Shown piece after piece: positions 1-9,207 of a stretch of 64,000 nt of DNA (positions within the stretch are counted from its first letter, which is position 1; each line of letters opens with the position of its first letter). The notes beneath the pieces were generated by a model. The model was not told where the DNA came from. It saw only the letters and a list, made by a program, of their open reading frames with translations, and did no database searches. The stretch is taken from positions 5,312,001-5,376,000 of the forward strand of contig OZ250150.1 in the NCBI GenBank assembly GCA_965237675.1, given 5' to 3'. The position numbers and the translations under genes are program-made. The stretch is from Candidatus Latescibacterota bacterium. GTDB taxonomy: Bacteria > Latescibacterota > UBA2968 > GCA-2709665.

Positions 1-240
1 TTCTTTTTCGCCCTTTTTCTTGGGCGATGCAAGAAAAAGGGCAAGGGAATAGGGGACGTTCGGGGGTGGCGAAGATTCTAACTCACGGGTGGCGAGATGC
101 GGTTGCTACTACAAACCACTTCGACAAGCTCAGTGCAAGCAGCACAGGCAACACATGCACTTTGACAGGCTCTATGTAAACAACGCAGGGAGACGGGATG
201 AACCGGCGGACGAATGGTGACATATTTCCGGGACGGGACA

Positions 241-1917
241 CTACCTCTCCTCGTCCGCTTCGAGGGTGTCCAGGATCGCACATGCGTCCTCCCGGATGGG
301 TTCGGCGCAGAGAATCCGCCACTTGTACTGGATATCCCGCTTTCCCGCGCCCGCGGCGCGCAGGACTTCGTCTTCCGCCCAACCCGGGCGCATCAGATGG
401 AGGCACGGCGGCGCCAGCCTTCGGGAGCGGCGCTTCTCGGCATACTCCACGTTGACCCCGGTCAGCGCCCGATCCAGATGGGGAATCACCTCGTCTCGAA
501 GGAGGTCACGCGCGACCTTTCCCTTGAACTCCGCGTAGATTTCGTACCGGCGCGCCTCCACGTTCGCCACCACGCGGAACTGCTCGACCACCGATACGTC
601 ATATCGGCGGCGGACCTCCTCCAGCGCCAGAAGAAGATGGTTCACGTGCATCTTCTCGCCCGTGATGCTCGTCATGTCGCGGCCCTTGCGGATGAAGGCC
701 AGTAACGGGGCGTTCCGGTAGAACCCGGTCACCTGTACGATGTCGTGAATATCGTAGTGATAGAGGCCGCCGGGAGTGGTCAGCAGGACCCCATAGTTCA
801 CGCCGGACTCCAGTTCATGGCTGGAAAGTACCGGTGGATTCGGGTCATCCAGCGATGCCTCGGGGATAAATTCGTAGTAATTTCCGTTCAGCGAGAGAAT
901 GCCCGAGGCACTATGGTCCCGGTTCGGAAGGGTGAAATGTCCTTCGCTGGCCAGAAAGCCCAGGTCGCGCATGGGTGCGTCGCCGTAATATTCCGACAGC
1001 CTCCGGGCCTGAACGCCAACGCTGCCTCCCAGCCAGCACCCGATGAGTTTCAGGTCCGGCCAGCAATCCGCGGGAAGTAGCGTCCCCGTCCGTTCCACCA
1101 CGTCCGCGAGAACCCGCGCGCGGCCCGGATCCGGTTTCAGGAGGGCGGCCAGTTGTTTCGCAAGTTCGGGCTGGTCCGGCAGATCGATGCCGGGCGTGCC
1201 GTCGTGAACCGCGCGAACAATGGCCTCCTCGTTTTTGATTGCGGTTTCCGCCAGGCGGATGAGCGTACTGGGATTGGGTGTCGCGATGTACGAAACCCGC
1301 CTGGCAAGCGCCAGTCGCGCGGCTACGAAATAGCGGCGATCGTAGTCCCGAATCTCAGAAACGGCGTATGGAATGGCATACGTGCTGCGGATGGGTCCGG
1401 GAATCTGCTGGTAGAGCATCCCGGACGCGCTGCCGTATGGAAGTCCGGAGGGGGTGCGACCCTCGATCGCCCGGCTTACGATGCCGACAAAGGCGCCATC
1501 CAGGAACCCGGGATGGTCCTGGAGCGCACGATAGATCCACTCCAGGGAGAAACCGGACGCGCGCCGCATGGATTCGGGCGTGACCGGGATGTACTTCGGT
1601 TCGCCCGTGGTCCCGCTCGTCATGTTCAGCATACGGGGGGCGGCCGACGTAAGGACCGCCTTCTCACCGGCGATGATCCGGTTGACATAGGGACGCAGCC
1701 CTTCGTAGTCCCGGATGGGGACCTGGCGACGGAAGTCGGCCTCCGTGCGGATCGTGGCGAAGCCATGGTCCTTTCCAAATGCCGTGTTGGCGTTGGCCTT
1801 CACCTGGCGGAGAAGATAGGCGTTCTGCGCGGCTTCCGGGCGTTCCGCCGCGCGGTCGAGTTTCCGGGCAAGCCCGTATCCCTTCATCCGAATGAGTGTC
1901 TTGACAAGATTCCCCAT
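241..1917 (-). CDS. GH3 auxin-responsive promoter family protein (acyl-acid amido synthetase-like)
   Basis: 558 aa. Motifs TSGTTGEPKYIP, GFLASEG, YYEFIP, TTPGGLYHYDIHDIVQVTGF and GEK are typical of GH3 adenylating enzymes. Confidence 0.9.
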   Translation of the reverse strand: MGNLVKTLIRMKGYGLARKLDRAAERPEAAQNAYLLRQVKANANTAFGKDHGFATIRTEADFRRQVPIRDYEGLRPYVNRIIAGEKAVLTSAAPRMLNMTSGTTGEPKYIPVTPESMRRASGFSLEWIYRALQDHPGFLDGAFVGIVSRAIEGRTPSGLPYGSASGMLYQQIPGPIRSTYAIPYAVSEIRDYDRRYFVAARLALARRVSYIATPNPSTLIRLAETAIKNEEAIVRAVHDGTPGIDLPDQPELAKQLAALLKPDPGRARVLADVVERTGTLLPADCWPDLKLIGCWLGGSVGVQARRLSEYYGDAPMRDLGFLASEGHFTLPNRDHSASGILSLNGNYYEFIPEASLDDPNPPVLSSHELESGVNYGVLLTTPGGLYHYDIHDIVQVTGFYRNAPLLAFIRKGRDMTSITGEKMHVNHLLLALEEVRRRYDVSVVEQFRVVANVEARRYEIYAEFKGKVARDLLRDEVIPHLDRALTGVNVEYAEKRRSRRLAPPCLHLMRPGWAEDEVLRAAGAGKRDIQYKWRILCAEPIREDACAILDTLEADEER

Positions 1918-1920
1918 AAT

Positions 1921-3081
1921 TCATGCCTGTCCAAGGGACGTTGTGGTCTCCGCGTGGGCGTACAGACAACGCTCCCGCACGCGGACGCCGAGACCCGGCC
2001 CCGACATCAGCTGTGCCCTGCCGCCCGGGCCGAAGTCCACCGCTTCTTCGGACACGTCTTCAACCAGCAACATACCCCCGTAGGATCCCTCCACAAAGGC
2101 CACATCGTCCAGATGGGCGGCCACGTGCCGCCCTGCCGCCGAGAGGATCGCGGACTCCCCCACCTGGCAACCCAATTGCAGGCGCAATCCCGCACGGGCG
2201 GCCATTTGGGCGATCTCAAGCGTGCGGGCCACCCCGCCGCATTTGGAGATGCGCAAATTGAAGAAATCGCAGGCCCGCGCCTCGATCAGCGCCTCCGCGT
2301 CGGCCACGGTCACGAGCGATTCGTCCGCCATGATCGGAATCGGCGACCGGGTCCGGACGTGCGCGAGCACCGACGGGTCGCCGCGGGGAATGGGTTGCTC
2401 AGCGCAGGCGATATCCAGGGACGCCAGATCCTCGAGCGTCGCGATCGCCTCTTCTGGAGTGTACGCACAGTTTGCGTCGACCCTGAGGGAGACGGATTTA
2501 CCCACCACGTTTCGGACAGCCGCCACCCGCTCGCGTGCGTCCCGTCCGTCGATCTTGATCTTGACGGCCTGAAGCCCGTATTCTACGCAGATCCGCGCGA
2601 GCCGCACCGCGTTGTCGATTGAGCCGCCCGTAATAACGCCGCTGTAGGTAACGGCTGCCCGCTTCGGACGCAGAATCTCGCCCAGAGACAGCTTCTGGCG
2701 CCTCAGCAGGACGTCGGGCAGGGCCAGTTCGCACGCCGCCCGCGCGGCGTGCCACGCGACGACGCCGTTGGATTCGCCATCGGGCAATGCCCGTTCCAAC
2801 GCGGCCAGGACGTTGATGGGATCCGGACCAGGTGTCAGCGCCGGAAAGTCGAATTCCGCGATGGCTGGCCAGAGACAATGCGCAATATGATCGAGGCAGG
2901 TCTCGACGGTCTCGCCCGTCACGTAGGGGCGCGGCAGGCCTTCGCCGTAACCCACCGTGCCGTCGTCGGCCGTCAGGCGCACGACGACCGAGTCCGAGCG
3001 GGACCGTACCGAAGCGCTGTGACCGAAGGCCTCGACGAAAGGAATCCTGAGGGCGAAGCAGGTTACGCCGATGATCTTCAT
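1921..3081 (-). CDS. Enolase-superfamily enzyme (muconate cycloisomerase / dipeptide epimerase subgroup)
   Basis: Start re-called at MKIIGVTCF (ATG 3081, ATGA overlap with upstream stop). Motifs GYGEG, KIK, RVDAN, EQP, ADES, GPGLGV. Confidence 0.85.
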   Translation of the reverse strand: MKIIGVTCFALRIPFVEAFGHSASVRSRSDSVVVRLTADDGTVGYGEGLPRPYVTGETVETCLDHIAHCLWPAIAEFDFPALTPGPDPINVLAALERALPDGESNGVVAWHAARAACELALPDVLLRRQKLSLGEILRPKRAAVTYSGVITGGSIDNAVRLARICVEYGLQAVKIKIDGRDARERVAAVRNVVGKSVSLRVDANCAYTPEEAIATLEDLASLDIACAEQPIPRGDPSVLAHVRTRSPIPIMADESLVTVADAEALIEARACDFFNLRISKCGGVARTLEIAQMAARAGLRLQLGCQVGESAILSAAGRHVAAHLDDVAFVEGSYGGMLLVEDVSEEAVDFGPGGRAQLMSGPGLGVRVRERCLYAHAETTTSLGQA

Positions 3082-3787
3082 ACCGGCCCTCGAATCGTGG
3101 CGCCAAGGCTGTGGTCCGTTCGCCCAATCTGCTGGTTGTCCAAGAGTCCCTGGATCGACGGGATGGTGATATCGGGTATCTCCTCCGGGCGCCGGGGCGC
3201 CTGAAACCGCGAAAAACCCTGCAACACGCGAATCGTCCTCCAGTCCTGAGATTTCGCGGGCCCGATATCGTTGTCGAGTCGATCTCCAACCATCAAGGCC
3301 TCCTCGGGGGCGCACCCGGCCAGAGCGATGGCCCGCCGGAATATCTCCGGATCGGGCTTCGAAAGGCCGAACTCGGTGGACGCAAAGACAAGAGAGAAAG
3401 GGTCCCGAATGCGCCATCGCGCGAGCCGTTCCTCCGTACCTTCGGACTGGTTGGCGATGACGCCGAGCTTGAATTTTCGCGATAGCGTCTCGAGAAGTTC
3501 CGGGACGCCGGGATACAGGACCCCGTTTTCGTGTTCGTAGCGCACGGAACGCTCAACGGTACGTAGCTGCTCCCGGGTCAGATTCAGCCGGCCAAGCATA
3601 CCACGAAACGGACTCCTGGCGAAGTCGGTCGCCGCCTGCTCGCACATCGCCATAAGTTCATCCACGGAATGGCGTAGACCCAACCCTCCATGCGCTCACA
3701 CACGCCCTTGAGACGCGCCCGGTGCGCCCGGGTTTCGTCCACGAGCGTCCAGCCCAGATCCAGGAAAATCCATTCGATGTTGTTCAT
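3078..3787 (-). pseudogene. HAD-superfamily hydrolase, frameshifted near 3685 (or sequencing indel)
   Basis: HAD motif I (IFLDLGWTLVD) lies in ORF 3584-3787. Motifs LYPG, KPDP and GDRLDND lie in ORF 3078-3683. One extra base in the GAGGGTTGGG stretch would join them. Confidence 0.8.
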
Positions 3788-3985
3788 GGGAGCAAATTGG
3801 GACGTCGGAATCGAAATGCACGCTTGATGTGACTGTGATGATGGCGGACGCTTTCGTTCGCCTTCTTCATTGCTGACGTGTGATATTGGTTGACCGATCG
3901 TGTTCTACGACCGGTTCGTTTTCGTTCCTGCCAAACCATCTTTTTCCATATTGCGTTGGGCGTCCATCTGACGGACGGTGCGCGA

Positions 3986-5491
3986 TTATCGATCCACGCC
4001 GTATTTCTTTATCCAGTTCGTGAACGTCTGGTAGCTGGGGAGGCCCACGAGCCGGGTCGCCCGCGACTTGTTACCCTGTGTCTCATCCAGCGCCCGTGCG
4101 AGGTAATGCCGCGCCACCGATGCCAGTAAATCCGGCAGGCTAAAGTCATCGCCGATCGGGCGTTCGAGGATCTTCGAGTCCACCGGGCTCACTGCGGGCA
4201 GCAACGCTTCCCGCACGTCTTCCCTCCGCATGATTGGCCCAGCCGTCCACAACGCGGCCCGATGAAGCGTGTTCAGGAGTTCGCGGACGTTGCCCGGCCA
4301 CGGGTGGGATAGGAGAAGATTTCTTGCGTCTGGAGAAATTTTCTTGTGCTCGAAACCCGGCTGTTGCGCGTGTTCCTCGTTGACCTGCTCGAGCAATCGA
4401 TTCACGAGAAGACCCAGGTCGCCCTCACGTTCTCGCAGTGGCGGCAGCTTCAGGTCCGCCACGGCCAGACGATAGTACAAATCCTCACGAAACCGACCCT
4501 CCGCGACCTCTCCCGCCAGACTCCGATTCGTTGCCGCGATGATCCTGACGTCCACCTCGCGGTGGGACGTGGAGCCCACGCGCAATACCCTTCCGTCCTG
4601 CAGGATCCGAAGGAATCTCACCTGGGCGGGCGGGGAGAGTTCGCCGACTTCGTCAAGGAAAAGCGTTCCACAATCGGCGGCCTCGAAATATCCGGCCCTG
4701 GCCCGGCCCGCGCCCGTGAACGCGCCCTTTTCGTAGCCAAACAACTCGGATTCGGCGAGTTCGGCCGGTATCGCGCCGCAGTTGACCGCCAGGAAGGGCC
4801 GATCGCGCCGGGGACTCGCCCGGTGGATCGCCCGTGCCAGCAATTCCTTTCCCGTACCGGACTCCCCCTGGATGAGAACCGGAACCGATCGCGGCGCCAC
4901 ACGTCGGGCCCTCTCGATGACGCGGGCCATGGCCTCGCTCCGGTAGATGATATCGGCGAATTCCGGCGCCTCCGGCGGGAGTCCGGCCGTCGCTCTTTCA
5001 AGACGCTTGTCCGGGCCCCGGAGGAGGTCGGGGATGAACTCGGCCGAGATGTCGAACGGCACCGAGGCCGTGCGCACGCCGTCCTCCGGCGAAGACTCAA
5101 TCAGTTCCGCGGGAAAACGCGTTTTGGCCAGGATGATCCAGATTGCTGCGATGGCTGGCGTGCCGGGACTGAGATGAAACGTCAGTTTCGCGTCCCTCCC
5201 ATGATTCACCAGTGTCGCCGACACAACCCGAACGGCGGCCTCATAGATCTCTCCGAACTCCGTGGGCCCTGAGAGCGGCTCGTGGCGAACCGCAACCGTG
5301 GCCTGGGTCCACGGCCGGAGCCACTCGATGTACGGCGCCACTTCATTCTCCGCGAAGTCGCTTATCAATACAACAGCGTCGAATTCGCGCACGCCGAGCG
5401 CCTGGGCGACCGGCCCATTGCCGACGACCGGATCTTCCGAGGGTGCCCGAAGATCCGCCCGGCCGATCCAACTGATCAGGATTCGGGTCAT
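3986..5491 (-). CDS. Sigma54-dependent transcriptional activator with RtcR/CARF-like N-terminal domain
   Basis: AAA+ motifs GESGTGKE, GAFTGA, FLDEVG and WPGNVREL; C-terminal Fis-type HTH. N-terminus (ILISWIGRADL...FHLSPGTP) resembles the RtcR N-domain. Confidence 0.85.
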   Translation of the reverse strand: MTRILISWIGRADLRAPSEDPVVGNGPVAQALGVREFDAVVLISDFAENEVAPYIEWLRPWTQATVAVRHEPLSGPTEFGEIYEAAVRVVSATLVNHGRDAKLTFHLSPGTPAIAAIWIILAKTRFPAELIESSPEDGVRTASVPFDISAEFIPDLLRGPDKRLERATAGLPPEAPEFADIIYRSEAMARVIERARRVAPRSVPVLIQGESGTGKELLARAIHRASPRRDRPFLAVNCGAIPAELAESELFGYEKGAFTGAGRARAGYFEAADCGTLFLDEVGELSPPAQVRFLRILQDGRVLRVGSTSHREVDVRIIAATNRSLAGEVAEGRFREDLYYRLAVADLKLPPLREREGDLGLLVNRLLEQVNEEHAQQPGFEHKKISPDARNLLLSHPWPGNVRELLNTLHRAALWTAGPIMRREDVREALLPAVSPVDSKILERPIGDDFSLPDLLASVARHYLARALDETQGNKSRATRLVGLPSYQTFTNWIKKYGVDR

Positions 5492-5539
5492 AGGCACTCA
5501 ATATACAAAAAATCTTGTGGTCTCACAAGATTTCTTATG
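5389..5539. repeat. Direct repeat copy 1 (5' end of activator gene plus operator)
   Basis: Near-identical to 9036-9185 over the coding part (GCACGCCGAGCGCCTG...GGCCGATCC) and diverged upstream. Confidence 0.9.
5510..5533. promoter_or_regulatory. Palindromic operator candidate AAATCTTGTG-gtct-CACAAGATTT upstream of the sigma54 activator
   Basis: Perfect 10-bp inverted repeat about 20 bp from the start codon. A related palindrome occurs at 9151-9185. Confidence 0.65.
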
Positions 5540-5741
5540 GATTGGCGTTGAAAAGAGCTATCTCAACCACCGCGTGGCGCTGCCTATACCAAAAAGATGC
5601 TCAAGAAGTCCTTGAAAGCACACACTGATTCCTAGCATCATATGGCAATATGCCACTGGGATTCCAGCAAATAAACGCGATAACGTCGATCAGAATCCTT
5701 GATTATATCGAAGCGTAATTGATCCCACGAACTACCTGTGA

Positions 5742-6860
5742 TTATCTCGGACCGACCCACAGCCCGTCCTCGTTGAAAAACTGCGATCTCGCGTAACCGA
5801 TGGCATTCCAAAGTGCATCAAACGCTGGTCGTACCGCGCTATGATGATCCACATCCGTACCATAGTCCTCAAGAACACATTCTGGGAGGCAAAGAAGATC
5901 TTTGGCCAATCGCCTACTATCCATGGGGCGTTGGTCGATGGCATAAATTGCGTCCCGAACGCCTTCGAGTGTGATCATAAGGAAGAGGGGCGGAGGTACG
6001 CCAAAGTCCCTTAGACCTACCAGGTACGGTGATATTACGGTGAATACATCCTTTTCCAACTTCAAGCCCGCGATCAAGGGGTACTCTTCCAAACGTCCTT
6101 CAGCAATCCCAGATATAGTCGCTTCGATAGTACCGTTTCTGAAAATCTGGGTATATCCGTGTCTGCCGGCTCGACTTCGTTCGTTAATAAATCCCTCAAA
6201 GTTAAAACGGGGTGTGTATCCGCGTCGACATTCAAATGCACCATTCCAAAGAAAGCGGCCACAGGGACAATATGAAGAATGAAACGACCACTTCCCGAGA
6301 GTGGACACGAAGCTTGTCCCTGAGCAATCAGCCTTAGTCTATCTTCCCTGAACGTACGTACATCTTTCAATGCTGAAGCCGATTGAGTGAACAAGGTTCG
6401 CAATTCCTCAATGCTTGGTTCATGCACTCCGGCAGAATGACGAACGTAGAAACGATTTAAACCCTTGGCAGACACTCGATGAGGAGGATGAAAACTCCGA
6501 GGGATCCGTATAAGAATCACACACTTGCCGGTGGCAAGGGGAATAGCCTTCGTTCGAATACCTGATATTGGTGGGTCCAAACCGCTGCGGATGATCTGCT
6601 CAATTCGCTGAATCTCGGCGTCTAGATCCAGACCGCCAATCCCCGTGATCTCTGTTGCAATACCACTCTCCTCCCTTACTCCAATAATCAGATGGCCGCC
6701 ATGAGCGTTTGCCAACGCCGATACGTCTTTCAGAAGCTCTCGTTTGTCCGAGTCTGATGTCCTGTATTGCGTTTGCTTGAATTCGAGCCGCAGCCCTTCC
6801 GGCACCGGTCTTCAGATATATGGCTTTTGAACAGACCTCGCGTTGAAACTGTTCTCGCAG
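5742..6860 (-). pseudogene. Schlafen/AlbA_2 domain protein, frameshifted
   Basis: PEGLRLEFK, LLKDVSALANAHGGHLIIGV, IPRSFHPPH and FYVRH are AlbA_2 signatures. The C-terminal part (YTQIFRNGTIE...FDALWNAIG) is in another frame, with a shift near 6245. The start region also appears shifted. Confidence 0.8.
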
Positions 6861-6883
6861 TCTTACGATTTCAGCCATCAGAT

Positions 6884-8275
6884 TTAGCCTCTATCGGGTT
6901 TGACGTAGCCGATGACATACTCCTGATGCATTCGCTGTTGGATTTGCGAGGATTTATCGAGCGTGGTACCGGCCGGGAGCATGCGCCGGTTCCTATCCAA
7001 ATTTCTGATCCCAATAGCAGGAACGTCGAATCCTATCGCGCTCCCAATATCGGCCAAACAATTGCCCGTTTCACTGTCGCGGCCACGCATAGTGGAATTT
7101 CCTACGACGACAATGGCCGCCTTCCCCGGCTTAAGGACGCGATGCATCTCACGAAGCACATGGGTCATCTCCGAGTAATACCGGTGCAGTACTTTCCCTT
7201 TCTTCGCATCGTGTTTGGCGACTTCCTCGACAACTCGAAGGGTATCTGCAGGCAGGGTCTCCAATACCATGCCACTGGTCGATTCGCCGCCAATCGTTCG
7301 GCTGCGTCTTTTGCCGAGATCATTCACCGAGAACCCCATCCAGACCAGAGAAAATTTGTGTGCACGCATGTAGTCAATCGCATTGGACGCATACGGCGGG
7401 GACGTGACAATTAAATCGACACTTTCGTCGGATAAGGGTAATCTCTGCGCATCGCCATTCTCGATGACGGGCTGTGGATGATCAGGGCCCAGGTCTAGTA
7501 GATTGGATAAATTCCTCCGAAACCGGTGATAGAATTCTTCAAATGGAGACCGCAGCTTCTTAGATATGAAACGGAGTCGGGATCGTTGCAGATGTAGTTG
7601 TTCCTTGCCCGACAGAAGATCACCTTTCATATCGTACACGACCTTTGCTCGATGTGGACGGGTGTGGGCCAGATCGAGCGCCAGGGAAACACCGCCTGAC
7701 TTTGTAATGATAATCGCGGAGAATACGACCTCGAAAAACGCCATGAGTGCTTCGACCGAATTCATTCGAACGTCGGATTCACCCGGGATTCGACGAATCT
7801 CTCTCATCAGTGCGCACAGATCGCTCTGAGTCTCCGGATTAAACCAATAATCGACAAACCTCGACGTATTCACATCCCAATCTCGATGATATTCCTCTCC
7901 CAGTCGACTGCGTTGATCATGAGACAACAGAGGCGCTCTGTTGAGGATTACGTTACCTGTTTCCAGAACTTTCCGTGTATCGAGCTGTGTGGTCTTTACC
8001 TTCGCGATCCGAACAGCCAGTGGGTCTGTGTCGAAACCGATAGGCTGGCGTTTTGCCAATAATGCTTCGACCAGTGTCGTACCGGACCCCATCATCGGAT
8101 CGAGGACCGCATCGCCAGGTTCCGTTAGGGCAGCGATGAATTTCCGCGGCAGTTGCGGCGGAAATTTGGCTGGAAATGGATGAAATTGATGAGACGCATA
8201 ATTGCTGTTCGCCGAATGGAAATCGAGATCATCGGCCAGTAGCGCGATGAGTTTTTCGCGGGTCGTCCCGGACAT
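6884..8275 (-). CDS. Site-specific amino DNA methyltransferase (probably N4-cytosine)
   Basis: HPFPAKFPPQL, SAM-binding VLDPMMGSGTT and catalytic IVTSPPY; reading frame intact. Confidence 0.9.
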   Translation of the reverse strand: MSGTTREKLIALLADDLDFHSANSNYASHQFHPFPAKFPPQLPRKFIAALTEPGDAVLDPMMGSGTTLVEALLAKRQPIGFDTDPLAVRIAKVKTTQLDTRKVLETGNVILNRAPLLSHDQRSRLGEEYHRDWDVNTSRFVDYWFNPETQSDLCALMREIRRIPGESDVRMNSVEALMAFFEVVFSAIIITKSGGVSLALDLAHTRPHRAKVVYDMKGDLLSGKEQLHLQRSRLRFISKKLRSPFEEFYHRFRRNLSNLLDLGPDHPQPVIENGDAQRLPLSDESVDLIVTSPPYASNAIDYMRAHKFSLVWMGFSVNDLGKRRSRTIGGESTSGMVLETLPADTLRVVEEVAKHDAKKGKVLHRYYSEMTHVLREMHRVLKPGKAAIVVVGNSTMRGRDSETGNCLADIGSAIGFDVPAIGIRNLDRNRRMLPAGTTLDKSSQIQQRMHQEYVIGYVKPDRG

Positions 8276-8335
8276 GATCGGCGGCGCTTCGGGATATATT
8301 GAAAGCTGTGAGGGTTGTATAACCGAAATCTTTCT

Positions 8336-8830
8336 AAACCTTCAGCAAACGGGTTGATATCACGATCCGTTACACCTCGGATGTGCGCTCGTAGATCTGG
8401 TTGATACAGGTTTGATGAAAATAGCGTGGGATTGCTACCTCCCGCTTTTGGCCATCGCCGCTATTAACAGGTATCATCACAACAAGATCCGTCTCTCCGA
8501 CTCGGCCTCGGCCGTCGAGGAATTTCTGGTGACCTTAAAGTCCATCTACCTTGCCTGGAATTGGTCGACCATGTAGAGTGCATCCAATGTTCGACTGGAG
8601 CATGTGCTCCTGTTTCCACAGACGCATTACGAAAGCCGGCACCTGGATTGGGTTCTGCCGCAGCGGCTTCATTTAGCCAACGTCGGCGAAAAGGCGATGG
8701 CCGGAAATATCCTTCCGGATGGGCATATCGTCGGCGTTACACATGCGGGCGCTAAAGTTCTGACCGTCTTCTACAATCTGTTCTGAGATCTCTGCATGCC
8801 GCGTCCCGGACCCAGAGCGACCAATAGTTC
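8336..8830 (-). pseudogene. Decayed gene upstream of the MTase, possibly the cognate restriction endonuclease
   Basis: One minus-strand frame reads as protein-like (EISEQIVEDG...KPLRQNPIQVP...GKVDGL*GHQKFLDGRGRVGETDLVV) with in-frame TAA stops. Identity is inferred only from position. Confidence 0.35.
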
Positions 8831-9035
8831 AAAACGGTTGAGGGAGATACTTCCACATGCCAAATATAGTGAAACTTTGTTCACTATGCAAGACCGAGTC
8901 GAACATTTGAGATGATTTTCCCTTTCGGGCTAACCAAATCAGATCTTTCGATTCGCTGCGCCGCATTCTCATGGGTAACAGGCGGCTGCCATCGCCGGCT
9001 TGCCCGTGTCGCATTTTGCCGTGTTTCTATGCAAT

Positions 9036-9185
9036 GCACGCCGAGCGCCTGCGCGACCGGCCCATTGCCGACGACCGGATCTTCCGAGGGTGCCCGAAGA
9101 TCGGCCCGGCCGATCCTACTGATTAAAATTCCGGTTATGTACAATCGTGACATAAGAATTCTTGTGAAATACAAGATTTCTTATG
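9036..9185. repeat. Direct repeat copy 2: orphan 5' fragment of the sigma54 activator plus palindrome CATAAGAATTCTTGT-gaaat-ACAAGATTTCTTATG
   Basis: Encodes ILISRIGRADLRAPSEDPVVGNGPVAQALGV, matching the activator N-terminus, then similarity ends abruptly at 9036. Confidence 0.9.
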
Positions 9186-9207
9186 TTCCGGGAGGGCCCT
9201 GAATTTG

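Noticed and set aside
1-140. Hairpin and CTTCGACAAGCTCAG motif at the window start as a defined element
   Set aside because: Resembles dispersed intergenic repeats, but there is only one copy here and it is cut by the window edge.
1153-2622. Long plus-strand ORF (also 4346-5272, 23914-25182, 35764-37296, 58007-59053)
   Set aside because: Antisense shadows of well-supported genes in GC-rich DNA, with no recognisable motifs.
5540-5740. Sigma54 -24/-12 promoter for the activator's target
   Set aside because: TGGC words are present, but I found none with a convincing TGC at the correct spacing.
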